Source: Ginglymostoma cirratum (Eukaryota). From it: a stretch of DNA of 64,000 bases. Under the pieces are notes generated by a model that saw only the letters and a program-made list of their open reading frames with translations, was not told the origin of the DNA and did not search any database. A program made the position numbers and the translations under genes. Location of the stretch: NCBI GenBank assembly GCA_024137785.1, contig JAHRHZ010000077.1, positions 19,224,239-19,288,238 of the forward strand, read 5' to 3'. Positions 1 through 11,705 of this stretch are shown one piece after another; positions within the stretch are counted from its first letter, which is position 1, and every line of letters starts with the position of its first letter.

Positions 1-87
1 CCTGCTCCTATGATGCTGCTTGACCTGCTGTGTTCATCCAGCCCCATGCTTGTTATCTCGGATTCTCCAGCATCTGCAGTCCCTTTT
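1..87 (+). mobile_element. Penelope-like element terminal repeat (pLTR) fragment, cut by the window edge
   Basis: Shares the diagnostic variants (TTGACCTG, CCCCATGC) with the copies at 8655-8870 and 17674-18064. Confidence 0.8.
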
Positions 88-399
88 GTGTATGAGATCC
101 CTAGTTGTTTTCCTTCACGCACCTGTACAATATCTTGGAAAATTATTTTCTTCATTTATAGTGACATAATAGCAAGCTGCTATTGTTGTTTATCCTACAA
201 TTTATTAAAATCACATGCCATTTCAAAGTGTTTTTGTTATGATAGTAAGTAAAATCATACTTTCCTTTGTATGGATAAAATGTAAACAAGATATCCAACA
301 TTTAGCAAGCCTGAAATTAGATTTACCTGGGGGAGAAAAAAAGCTCTTGGGACTACAGCTCAGACCTACTGTCTGCAGCTGTCAATATAAAACTGAAGA

Positions 400-715
400 A
401 AGCACTAAAGGGAATGCAAAACAGGAAGTTATGCAGTTGTCTCGAGCCTTGCTCAGGTCCCATCTGGAGTGCGCTGTGAAATTTTGGGCATTGCACTTCC
501 GGAAGGATGTAATTAACCAAGTTTGGAATGGGTTTAGCACTGATTCACCAGAAAGATATCAGGACTTAAATCATGAGAACAAGCTGTTTAAACTTCTTTA
601 CATTCTCCTAAATTTAGAAGAATGGGAGGTGATCTAATAGAGATATTTGAAATTATTTTCAGAGTTAGATGCATCAGTTTATTTCCTTGGTGGTAGGTTC
701 TAAAAAGGCATGACC
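400..715 (+). mobile_element. Old CR1-type LINE, ORF2 C-terminal fragment
   Basis: QLSRALLRSHLECAVKFWALHFRKDV resembles the CR1 motif LYKxLVRPHLEYCVQFW. Confidence 0.7.
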
Positions 716-721
716 TTAAAC

Positions 722-1068
722 AGCACGATAGCCTTGTGTTATTATCTCTGGAATGTTAATCCAGAGACCCAGTAAATCTTATGGGGCCCTGGGTTCAAAT
801 GCTGTCACAACAGAGGGTGGAATTTGAATTCAATAAAAATCTGAAGTTAAGATCTAATGATGGCCACTAATCCGTTGTGGATTGTCGGAAAAACCAATCT
901 GGTTCACTAATGTCCTTTAGGGAAGGAAACTGCCATCCTTACCTGGTCTGGCTTACATGTGTCTCCTTACCAACAGCAATGATGCTTAAGTGCCTTTTCA
1001 GCAATCAGGGATGGGCAATAAATACTACCTTAGCAAACCTCGCATCCCGTGAATTAATCATTTAAAAA
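722..1068 (+). mobile_element. tRNA-derived SINE, family B (degenerate)
   Basis: Core GGTTCACTAATGTCCTTTAGGGAAGGAAACTGCC and tail GGGCAATAAAT are shared with 36681-37022 and 47057-47415. Confidence 0.8.
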
Positions 1069-1304
1069 AGAATGAAATCTGGTAGCAATTTTCAGACAAA
1101 ATATAGTCAAATCTAGAATCCTTCTTTAAAATGGTTTGGGCACCACTGATAACATTTTTTTACACCAGATTTTTTTTTGTTACCAGTTCAGTTTTTCTTG
1201 GGTATAAGTTAAGAGACATAGGTCAAGTGGAGTTCAGGTATACATCAGCCACGATCTGATTGAGTGGCAGAACAAACTACAGTGATAAATTGCCTATACC
1301 TGAG

Positions 1305-4235
1305 CCATAGAACCAAAGAAAAGTTACAGCACAAAAAAATTATTCAATTCATCATGCCTGTGCTAGCGAAATAAACTAGTTGCCTATTCTAACCTCATTT
1401 ATCAACAGCTGTAGCCTTGCATGTTATAGTGCTTCACATACAGATCCAGGCACGCAAAACTCCAACTGTGGCCTAACCAGTATGACATAGCTCAAGAATT
1501 GCATCCCTGCTCCCATTTTCAATACCTCACCCAATGAAGGAAGGCATCCCATATGACTTATTAACACGTTATGTACCTGTTCTGCATCCTTCACAAACCT
1601 GTGGACAAACACTCCAACGTCCCTCACCACCTCTATGCCTCTCAATATGTCCCCTATTGTTGTGTATTCTCTTGTTTCGTTTGCCGTCCCAAAATGCATG
1701 ACCACACAATTCTTTTGATTGAATTCCATTTTGCCACTTTTCCACCCAATCCACCAAACCATTGATATTTTCCTGCCATTAACAACCAGCCCCTTCACAA
1801 TAAATTACCTGGGAATTTTTTTTTTGATATCTGCAAATTTCCCAGTCATGCCTCACACATTAATTATTTAGATTTCGATATATACTACAAACAACAAGGA
1901 ACCCAAAACCATGCCCTCTGGTACCACTAGAAACCACTTTCCATTTGCAAAAACATCCATCCACCAGAACAATTGTTTCTTGTCACTGAGCCAATTTTAG
2001 ATCCAGCTTGTTACAATTTTTCCTGTTTCCCATGGGGTCTTCTGATCTTTCTTAATAGTTTATTACCTGAAACCTTGTCAAATGCCTTACTAAATTCCAT
2101 GTAGGCAATAACCACTGGATTCCCCTCAACCTCCTTGTTACTTTCTCAAGAGATCCATTAAGTTATGTGATCCAACCTTCCCTCAACAAAACCAAGCTGA
2201 TTATCCTTAATCAATCTGTACCTCTCCAAGCAATAGTTAATCCTATCTGTCAATTTTGATTCCAGTAATTTGCCCACCAATGAGTTCAAATTGACCTGTC
2301 TATAATTATTCGGCCTATCTTTCCTCTCGTTTTAGAATAATGGTACAGTTTTACAGATGTCCAATCTTCTGGTGTCTTGCCTGTATCTCATGAGGTTTGG
2401 GAAAACGAGCATTCACAATTTCCTCCTGTTTCCTCTAACAGTCTAGGATACAATTAATCTAGTCTTGGTGATTTATCCATCTCCAAGGGAGATCAGTCCT
2501 TCTAGCACTTGCTGATTTGTTGTGCCTATTTTGTGTAATATTTCACACTCCTTTTTAACTAAATTTCTCCAACAGCCCTCTCTTTTATGAAGACAGAGAC
2601 AAAATACTCAGTAAGAAACCAACCACGTCTTCTGCATCCATGTTCATTACCATGGACATCTCGGATAGTTCCAACCCTTTCCTTAGTTATCCTGTTACTC
2701 TTAATGTAACAATAAAACTTCTTTGGATTTTCCTTAATTTTACCAGCCTTTGTTTTTTGTATCCTCTTTTTGCTTTCTTAATTTTCTTTCTCACATCATC
2801 TTGTACTTTAGATACTTCTCTAAACTCCCCAGAGCAATAGTTTATTTAAGATTGTGATAAGCTTTATTTTCTGCTTTACCCTATCCCATATGCTACTGGA
2901 TAACCAGAGGACTGTAGATTTGGCAGTATGACTCTTTTTCTTTATGTAGACAGTCTACACTGTGCTTGCTGAGTCTTGCTCTAAGTGCCTCCTGCTTATT
3001 GCCATTGACTTTCCTTCGAGCAGCTGAAACTAGTCAACTTTTGCCAAATCATCTCTCAGCTTTTTAAAGCTTGTCTTTCCCCAATTTAGAAGTTTTACTC
3101 CTATTTTATGTCCCTTTCCATAATTATGCTAAGTTAAACTGTATTATAATCACCATCTCCAAAATGGTCACTATCTGCCACTTCATCTACCTAGCTTCAT
3201 TTCTCAAGAATTAAATCTAGAATCCTGTCCTTTTTCATCAGGCTTGTTACATGCAGGCTAAAAAAGGTTCTCTTGTTTGCAGTTCAAGAATTTTGTGTCT
3301 TCTGCGCCTTTCCCAAGCTAGCATGGAGATACATAAAGCTCAGTTTGATCACAATAAAGCCTAAACTTCCATTAGCCTTCCTAATAACTTGCTGTTCTTG
3401 CACATTAGACTTCAGTGATTTATTAACCAGAACCTCGAGGTCCATTTATACATCTACACTTTCCAGAACTGCTACACTCTAGTTGTGGGCTAACCAACAT
3501 TTATTACTGTTTCAAACTAACCTCACTGCTCTTGAACTCTATGCCTTGGCTAATAAAGGAATGTATCCCATATGACTTCTTAACCACTTTATCTACCTGA
3601 CCATAAAGAACCTTACCTTAATGCACACAAAGGTCCCTCTGATCCTTGTTGCTTCCTAGGGTCCTATTATTCGTTATGTATTTCCATGCCTTGTTTGTTC
3701 TGCCCAAATGCATCAATTCATTTATCTGAATAGAATTGAATTCCATTTACCACTGATCAGGCCATCTATATACTCCTGTAGTTCAAGGCGATCCTCCCTC
3801 ATTATTTACCACCCCAACAATGTTTGTATCATCTGCAGCCTTACTGATCAACCCTCCTATATTCAAGTTTAAGCTATTTATACACCACAAACAGCAAAGG
3901 CCCCAACACAGATCCCTGTGGGACCCCACTGGACATAGATTTTCAGTCAGAAAAACATCTCAACCATCACCCTCTGTTTCCTGTCACTCAGACAAATGTG
4001 GATACAATTTGCCAAATTTACTAGGATCCCATGGGCTCTTACCTTTGTTATCAGTCTGCCATGTGGAACTTTATCAAAAGCCTTGCTGAAGTCTAAGTAG
4101 ACCATCCCAAAAGCCCTGCCCTCAACTACAAATTTGGTCACCTATTTGGAAAATTCAGGTAGGGCCTTGTTTTAACTAAACCATGCTGACTGATTTTGAT
4201 TAATCCCTGCCTCTCCAAATGCATATTAATTCTTA
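1305..4235 (-). mobile_element. Cluster of degenerate CR1-type LINE fragments
   Basis: Minus-strand remnants VYLDFSKAFDKVPHGRL, WQNGIQSK/MEFNQKNCVVMHFG and LVRPQLEFC; 3' tail near 1305; many stops and frameshifts. Confidence 0.8.
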
Positions 4236-4377
4236 ATTAGTTAATTATTTAATTAATAACTTGTTTATATTTCTTTTTACATATTACACTTTACCACCAA
4301 TCTATATACTACATTAAGACTTGACAGTAGAATAATTATCAGATACTCACTCCTGATACACAAGCAGCTGTGTCAGG

Positions 4378-4470
4378 GATAACAAGGTGTAGAGCTGAAT
4401 GAACACAGCAGGCCAAGCAGCATCATAGGAGCAGGAAAGCTTGATGTTTCGGGCCTAGACTGATGAAGGG
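4378..4470 (-). mobile_element. PLE pLTR (inverted arm plus an 11-nt CTGATGAAGGG stub)
   Basis: GATAACAAGGTGTAGAGCTG...TTTCGGGCCTAGA followed directly by CTGATGAAGGG. Confidence 0.8.
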
Positions 4471-7266
4471 TTTTTTTTTAAAATTTCAAAAATATACTTC
4501 AGTTCATAAAAATATCTTTATGTACATACATAGTCACAAATGCAGTTCAGTTCTGTGCAGTAGCATATCAAGGAAACAAAAACATTTGATTTTGACTCTA
4601 TCCAACTAACCAAAGATATCTTTTACATATACAAGACAATATTTACATGCATTTGAGACACGAGGAGGGTCTGATAACAGACCCCAGACAGTGGTCTTTC
4701 CCCATCGCACCTTGGCAGCACTTTCCCCAACCTTTTGTGCGTCTCTCAGCATGTAGTCCTGGCCCTTGGAATGTGCCACTCTGCAACACTCAGTCAGGGG
4801 CAACACATCGTTCTAGAAGACCAACAAGTTTCGGGCAGCCCAAAAAGTGTCTTTCACTGAGTTGATGGTCCTCTAGGCATAACTGACATTCATCTTGGTG
4901 TGCCTTTCTGTGAACAGATCATAGAGCACAGAGTTGTGTGGCACGGAGCTGCTTTTGACGAACCTCAACAAAAACCACTGCATCTTTCTGCAGACTTATT
5001 TGCAGAAGCACATGGCAGAAGAAAATATGTGACAGTCTGAATTCCCCCCACAGCTGCTTCGAGGGCAGCACGTGGTGGCGCAGACCAACTGGGTGTACAT
5101 GAAGGACACAGGTAGTGCCCTTCTCACCGCCAGCCAAGTGATGTGTTTGTGCTTATTGGAGAGTTCCGGTGCTGAGGCATGCTGCCAAATGACTTCGACA
5201 GTCTGCTCAGGAAACCATGCAACCGAATCCATCCTCCTCCTTTACCTGCAGGGTCTCGGGGATTCAATCTGCTGATGAATTCCTGATGGACTTACAGTCA
5301 AAGATGCTTTTTCTTTGCAAATTTCTTCATGAAGGATAGGTGGTATGGAATGGTCCAACTGCTTGGAGCGTTTTGCAACAATGAGGCCAGTCCCATCCTT
5401 TGCAATATCGGGGACATTCTGAACCTCAGTACGTAGTGATACTTGTTGGTTGCTTACTGGGGGCTACGCACAGTTTGATGCAGCCGCACACAAAGGTGGC
5501 CATCAGGATGAGGGCAGTGTTAGTTATGTTCTTCTCACCCTTATCCAGAGTTTTGTACATGGAGTCCCTGCAATCAAGGTTCATCTTTAGACCTCCAGAT
5601 AAAATGAAAGATGACTTGGATGACTGCAACGATGCACTTTCAGGAATGGGCCACACCTGTGCCACTTACAACAGCAGAGAGTGCCTCACATCTGATGACC
5701 AAGTTTTTATCTGCTGTGGAGAGGGATCAGTGCTCCCAAAAGACCAGCTTCTGCTTCACTTTAGCAATGCATTCCTCCCGAGAGTTTGCACACACCCTAG
5801 GCCTCCGAAACAGCACCTTCAGGTAATCTGTCCTGATGGTGAAGTGGATAAAGGATTGGTCAACCCAGTTTCCAAAAAACATGGACCTCGCTCTTGACTC
5901 AATTTACTTTGGCTCCCGAGGCCAGTTTGAACTGGTCGCAGATGCTCATGACACAGTGGACGTGAGCAGAAAACAGCCCCCCATTTCAGGATCACATCCT
6001 TCCTGATGGACTCAGCAAAAGGCTCTATACAACACATAAACAAGTTAGGAGACAGTGAGTCGGCCTGCCTGACTCTGGATCTGATCAGGAAGCTTTCTGA
6101 TTCCTATCCATTGATTGAGGCTGCACCATCGATGTTGGTGTAAAGCAGTTGGGATCCAGTTGCGAATTCTCTCCCCAGAGTCTATTTTGAGATCATATCC
6201 CACATGTACATGTGCAATATCCTGTCAAAGGCCTTCTCCTGGTTCAGGCTGATGAGACAGGCATCCACCCCACTGTCCTGCATTTAGGTAATTATGCCCC
6301 TGAGGAGCAGAAGGCTCTTAGAGATCATCCTGCCTGGTACAACACAGATTCGGTCAGGTTGAATCACTGATCCCCGAGCAGACCTGACATGGTTGACGAT
6401 GACCTTAGATAGGATCTTGTAATCTGCATTTACAAGTGAAATTGGTCACTAATTTCTAGTTTCTTCCTTGTCCCGCTTCTGCTTGTAGATGATGGTGATG
6501 ATACCTTTCCTCATCGATTTGCACATGCTACCTTACAGAAGCATACTGTCGTACACCTCCACCAGGTCCTGGCCAATCAAGTCCCACAGAGCCGAATATA
6601 ACTCAGCCAAGTAAGCCTTTGCTTTTCTAAGGACTAGTGGGCCTTTGTCAGCTCATCCAAAGATAATGGCTGATCCAGCCTCTCCCGCATGCTGTTATCT
6701 AAGACCTTCATGACAGAGGACAGGTACAACAGAGAGGCTGCGCTGTTTGTGGACTTTGTGTCAAACAGATTGGCATAAAAGGATTTGCTGATCCTCAGTA
6801 TGTCAGACTGATGACATGACCAAGCCATCTCTTCCTTCAGGCTACTGAGTACAGACCTCTTCTTGTGCACCATCTGGAAGAAAAAATGCGAGCACATCTC
6901 ATCGTGCTCCACGGTGCGGACCATACACCAGAAGTTTATCTGAGAGGCCTCCAAGACAAAAAGCGAGGCTCCTCTGAGACATCGACCCCCATTGTCTGCA
7001 GCAGGAGTAGGTTCTGCATGTTTTTCTGGAGTTTGGACAGTTTTCCCATCTCTCTCTCTGGCCGTCTGAACACCTTTGAGGATAAAGAATTTCTTGATGT
7101 TCCACTTGACTATTTTCCACCAGTCTGATGGAGTCTCAAAGAGGGACTTCATGGTGAAATCCCTTTTGAGCTCCTCAATGTTTTCTGGGATCAATGGTTT
7201 CATGTTCAGCTTACATGTGTTCTTGTAGGCCTGCTGGTCATCCTCTATGTGATGGTTGGCCAACAA
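4471..7266 (-). mobile_element. 5'-truncated, disabled Tx1/L1-clade LINE (ORF2 linker, RT and C-terminal Cys region)
   Basis: Minus-strand ORF2 remnants: KLNMKPLIPENIEELKRDF, PISLVNADYKILSKV, LNQEKAFDR, SGVRQADSLSPNLFMCCIEPF and Cys-rich CPRSSCGG. A-rich 3' end at 4471-4500; frameshifted. Confidence 0.88.
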
Positions 7267-7969
7267 AATGCATCGGAAATCAGAAATCTAATAGATGCTA
7301 CCTTAAACATATGTTGTCTGGCAGTTAATCAGCCTTTTGTTAATTGAAGCTAAGAACTCTCCCTAAAGAGGTACTCTTTACTGACTGATTATAATAGTAG
7401 TGTTTCCCCAGATCTTATAACTAGGTTAAAATTTATATCATGATATCATGGGCACAACTGTGCATGTAACAGCAGCCAATTTTGGCAATAGGAACATACA
7501 CTTCATTTTTAGAAAGAAATCCCTGCAGTTTGAACACTTCCTATCATAATCATCTGTTGCCCATCTCATCCACCTCACCACTTAACAACTTCATATCCCC
7601 AAATTTCACTGTGGAGTCACATGAAACCTGGGGCAATAAAATGGGTTCACACTGAGAAATCATTTGGAAGCTCCTGGTGTAGATGGTCATGGGTATGCCA
7701 AGCTGGAGGGAAAAGCATGACAGCTAGAAGTAGAGTATATTCGATCAGGAACTGAGTTGGAAAGATTACTGAGGTAAATGCTGCAAGCCAATATTTGTGT
7801 GTGGTGCAAAGGGAAGAACTTGAACTTTTGTACGCGGCATAACTGTGGATCTGTGTTTTGCATTTGTACTGTAGAGTAGTCGGCTTTAACATATACATCC
7901 TGCACCAAATGATTGGACAATGATTTCTAAACATCACCAGATTCCTGCTGTACATTAGGTAACTTATAG

Positions 7970-8590
7970 TCATAAGGTTATACATTACAGAAACAGACCC
8001 TTTGATCCAACTCGTCCGCGCTGACCGGACATTCCGATGCGAGCTAGTCTCATTTACCAGCATTAGGCCTATATCCTCTAAACTCTTCCTATTCATATAC
8101 CATCCAGTTGCCTTCTAAATATTGTAATTGTACCTGCCTCCACCACTTCCTGTTTGCTCGTTCCATATATGCACCAATCTCTGCGTGAAAATGTCCCTTT
8201 TGTAAATCTTTCCCCTCTCACCATAAATCTATGCCCTCTAGTTTTGGACTCCCCCACCACAGGAAAAAGACCTTGGCTATTCCCCCAGTCCACACCCCTC
8301 AGGATTTTATAAGCCATTACAAAAGTCACCTTTCAGCCTCCAAAGTACCAGGGTAAAAAAATGCCCAGCCGATTCAGCTTCTTCCTTCAACTCAAACCTT
8401 CCAGTCCCAGTAACACCTTTGCACCCTCTCAAGTTTTACAGCATTCTTCTTACTGAAGGGTGACCAGAATTTTGCAATAGTATTCTAACAGTGGCCTAAA
8501 TCACTATTCTATACAGCCACAACATGACATCCCAATGTTCTGAACAACGAAGGCAAGTATGTCAAACACCTTCTTTACATCCCTATTTTA
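7970..8590 (-). mobile_element. CR1-type LINE 3' end (HER1-like)
   Basis: YKILRGVD...GESKTRGHRFMVRGERF followed by a CR1 3'UTR. Confidence 0.85.
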
Positions 8591-8654
8591 TCTGTCACTT
8601 CAGCCAGTGAATGATGGGAAAACGGCTTAGATGGCCATGGCAGGATATGAGGTA

Positions 8655-9506
8655 AAAGGTACTGCAGATGCTGGAGAATCCGAGATAACAAGCATGGGGC
8701 TGGATGAACACAGCAGGTCAAGCAGCATCATAGCCTGCTCCTATGATGCTGCTTGACCTGCAGGATATGAGGTAACAAGCATGGGGCTGGATGAACACAG
8801 CAGGTCAAGCAGCATCATAGGAGCAGGAAAACTTGACGTTTCGGGCCTAAACCCTTCATCAGAAATGGGATGGCATTTTTGCAGGAGGGTGGGTGGGAGG
8901 AGGTGTATTCCAGGTAGCTGTGGGAGTCAGTGGGCTTGAAATGGACATCTGTCTCTAGGTGGTTGCCCGAGATGGAGACAGAGAGGTCCAGGAAGGAGAG
9001 AGAAGTGTTAGAGATGGTCCAGGTGAACTTCAGGTTGGGGTGGAAAGTGTTGGTGAATTGGATGAACTGTTCGAGCTCCTCGTGGGAGCACGAGGCGGCG
9101 CCGATGCAGTCATCAATGTAACGGAGGAAGAGGTGGGGTTTAGGGCCAGTGTAGGTACGGAAGAGGGATTGTTCCACATAACCTACGAAGAGGCAGGCAT
9201 AGCTTGGACCCATGCGGGTACCCATGGCCACACCCTTTGTTTGTAGGAAGTGGGAGGAATTGAAAGAAAAGTTGTTGAGGGTGAGGACGAGTTCGGCTAG
9301 GCGGATGAGGGTGTCGGTGGAGGGGGATTGGTCCGTTCTGCGGGACAGGAAGAAGCGGAGGGCCTTTAGGCCATCAGCATGGGGAATACAGGTATATAGG
9401 GACTGGACGTCCATAGTAAAAATGAGGTGTTGGGGACCTGGGAATTGGAAGTTCTGGAGGAGGTGGAGGGCATGGGTGGTGTCACGGACGTAGGTAGGGA
9501 GTAGCT
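8655..9506 (-). mobile_element. Young, internally deleted Penelope-like retroelement: RT fragment fused to pLTR, 13-bp TSD
   Basis: ORF 8815-9414 is stop-free with PLE RT motifs DVQSLYTCIPH, GVAMGTRMGPSYACLF, RYIDD and FLDLSV. TSD AGGATATGAGGTA at 8642-8654 and 9507-9519. Confidence 0.92.
8831..8866 (-). ncRNA. Minimal type I hammerhead ribozyme motif in PLE pLTR
   Basis: Minus strand reads AUUU-CUGAUGA-A-GGGU-UUAG-GCCC-GAAAC-GUC-AAGU: intact core, stem II, 4-bp stem I and palindromic ACGU stem III. Confidence 0.7.
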
Positions 9507-10199
9507 AGGATATGAGGTAGTTTGGTTTCCAATATTTGTATTGGCATTGCATGTATTGTTCACATGAAAACACCCTACTCCATATTTGGTGTGGAGATCC
9601 AAAATAATTCAGCAAAGTGTGGTTGATTTTTATAGTGAGCAGTGGTAATGATGCGCTTGGTCTAAAACACTTGTTTTAGTATCTATCACGAAAGATATTT
9701 ATATGTATATCTTTGACTGAAATACCGTTGTGAAACGTACACCTTTTAAAAATTTTCAAATGTTTTAACGCTATGGCGTTCAGTCATGAAATGGTCCAGC
9801 ACAAAATCCTGATATAGTTTTAAAAAGGTGGGTCAAAAAACACAGAGCCCCTGATCCCAGTTTTTGTGGCATTGACACAGAAGGGCCAGTTCAACAGAGG
9901 CAAAACTTCTTTGCGCAGACTTGTGAAGCTCTTTTGTCAGGTTTGTGATGAAACAGAAACGTGATCTTTAAAAACTCATTCAGGAAACTTCAAACAAACC
10001 TGAAGATTTTGAATACCTGCATCGGGTCGTATGATCGGTTTCTATGTCATAAAATATAGTGATTATGTTTTGCCAGAGTTTTGTTCCGTCTCCTCTCGAT
10101 TAGCCAAACTCCTCCTCTTTCCTCAGCTACCCTTTAATATCTGACCTTTGTTCAAGCAAGTCTTGTGAAGAACATTCAATATTCTAAATGTGTTCAAGA

Positions 10200-10800
10200 A
10201 ACATTAGCATTTCATATTTAGATTTGCGGAAGTGGCTCCAAAAAAATACAAACACACCCCGACAACTCATCACCTTGCACTTCCTGCCCACACACGGGCA
10301 GCCTTATGTTACAGTGCAGGGGAACCAGCTAACGTCATCCCGGAAGTAATTCGTGGGGCGACGTCGAGAGCAGAGGGTTCTCAGCTTTCAACGGCTTTGG
10401 GGGCGATGGCGACTACTTTCGTCTCGGTGCCTTTGAAGAAATCGTCCGAAGTGGACCTTGCGAAGCCGCTCTCCAAGTTTATCCACGCCACTTACCCGAG
10501 TGGGGAATCACAGGCCGAGTACATCAAGGCGGCTGAAGAGCTGAACAGCCTTCGGAAAAGTGCCGTCTGTCGGGCGCTCGACAAACACGACAGTTCTCTC
10601 GAGATTTTGTTGAGGTAAGTTTGTCCTGGACCGGAGCCTGTGGAAAGTTTTTCTTTAAATGTATGTCTAAGGGAAGGGAGGAAGGTGGGCGAACAAACAG
10701 TGGAGGGGCCCAGATGAGTCTATACGCAGATGGGTCGCTGACTTGTCGTTTGAAATACGCAGTTCCAGCACCGACTCGCCTTTGAGGGCCTTATCCTAGA
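10200..10800 (+). promoter_or_regulatory. PDCD6IP promoter/5'UTR in a CpG-enriched segment with ETS and half-CRE motifs
   Basis: CpG density is visibly higher than in the flanks. GCGGAAGT at 10226-10233; ACGTCA at 10332-10337 next to CCGGAAGT at 10340-10347, just upstream of the ATG. No TATA box seen; TSS not determined. Confidence 0.65.
10406..10614 (+). CDS. PDCD6IP: PDCD6IP/ALIX coding exon 1 (Bro1 domain N-terminus)
   Basis: ATG in strong context (GCGATGG). Encodes MATTFVSVPLKKSSEVDLAKPLSKFIHATYPSGESQAEYIKAAEELNSLRKSAVCRALDKHDSSLEILLR, recognisable as the ALIX N-terminus. Donor AG|GTAAGT at 10614/10615; 209 coding nt, phase 2. Confidence 0.97.
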
Positions 10801-11337
10801 TTGGCCCAATTCATGATTTTGTTAATTTGTTTTCTAAAAATGGAAAGCTTCAAATTAACTTACATCTTTTATCCAGGGAACGGGATCATGCAAGCTTACA
10901 GTAAACGCTAGAAACTTGCCGAATATGTTTTTAAAGTTGTGGTCATCGGTTTGTTCGGCGCACAGCTTACAGTTGCCTTTTCATCGGCATAAACTGGCTG
11001 GACGAAATGGCCTGTTTCTATGTTACATGTCTTGTATGTCCTCATGGGCTAGCTGTTGTAGGTCCTTGTGCTCGATGGCAACTTTAATCGTAGAAAGTAA
11101 TCTTGAGCCGCCTTCTAAATGAATGTTTACGTTCTCGATTTTATGAGTCAGGTTTCGGGGGGAGAAAATGAAGGAGAAGTGGATGTATGTTACTGCCTTG
11201 GAGTTGTAAAATAGTCCGGAAATTAGTCAAGTTTATGCCGAATCTGTCATATTGCGGGCTTTTGACTTTGCAAGCGAGCTCCATTTTCAATATTCAAGCA
11301 TGCCACCTTTTGTAGAGATTTTTTTACTCATAGCCAA

Positions 11338-11705
11338 ACTGTGGATGTTGGAAATCTTAAACAAAGAACAGTAGAAGAGAAACTGTACTCGTGAGGCTGC
11401 AGAGGAAAACAGTTAACGTTTCATGTTTAGTGACCCTTGGAGAAAACTGAAAGTAGCTGGGAAAGAAAGGTACCCTGTATTTATGCTGATGATGGGGTGG
11501 AGAGGAGAGGAGAGTCGAGTCGGGTGGGTTCTGTTTCCATATATTCTACTCTCTTTTTCCTATCCCTCCTTCATCAATTTGAATACCACCATATCCGAAC
11601 TGCTTTCGGTTTTGATGAAGTGTCACGGAACTTGAAACGTTAACCTTGTTTCCTCTTCACAAGCTCTGACTGCCTTGCTGAGCTTCTTTAATTCTTTGTT
11701 TTTCT
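11338..11705. mobile_element. Old inverted pair of pLTRs from a second PLE family
   Basis: AAACAGTTAACGTTTCA (~11407) and TGAAACGTTAACCTTGTTT (~11633) are inverted; degenerate TTGATGAAG...TGAAACGTT core. Confidence 0.6.

Noticed and set aside
5400-5897. 165-aa plus-strand ORF
   Set aside because: Antisense shadow of the Tx1 ORF2 relic.
8641-8830. Repeat-spacer appearance suggesting a CRISPR-like or tandem array
   Set aside because: Eukaryotic context; fully explained by duplicated pLTR pieces and target-site copies.
8930-9493. Several plus-strand ORFs
   Set aside because: Antisense frames of the Penelope RT.
10232-10405. 58-aa N-terminal extension of ALIX suggested by the ORF track
   Set aside because: It starts at GTG, overlaps the promoter motifs and has no similarity to ALIX. 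The ATG at 10406 has good context and matches the known N-terminus.
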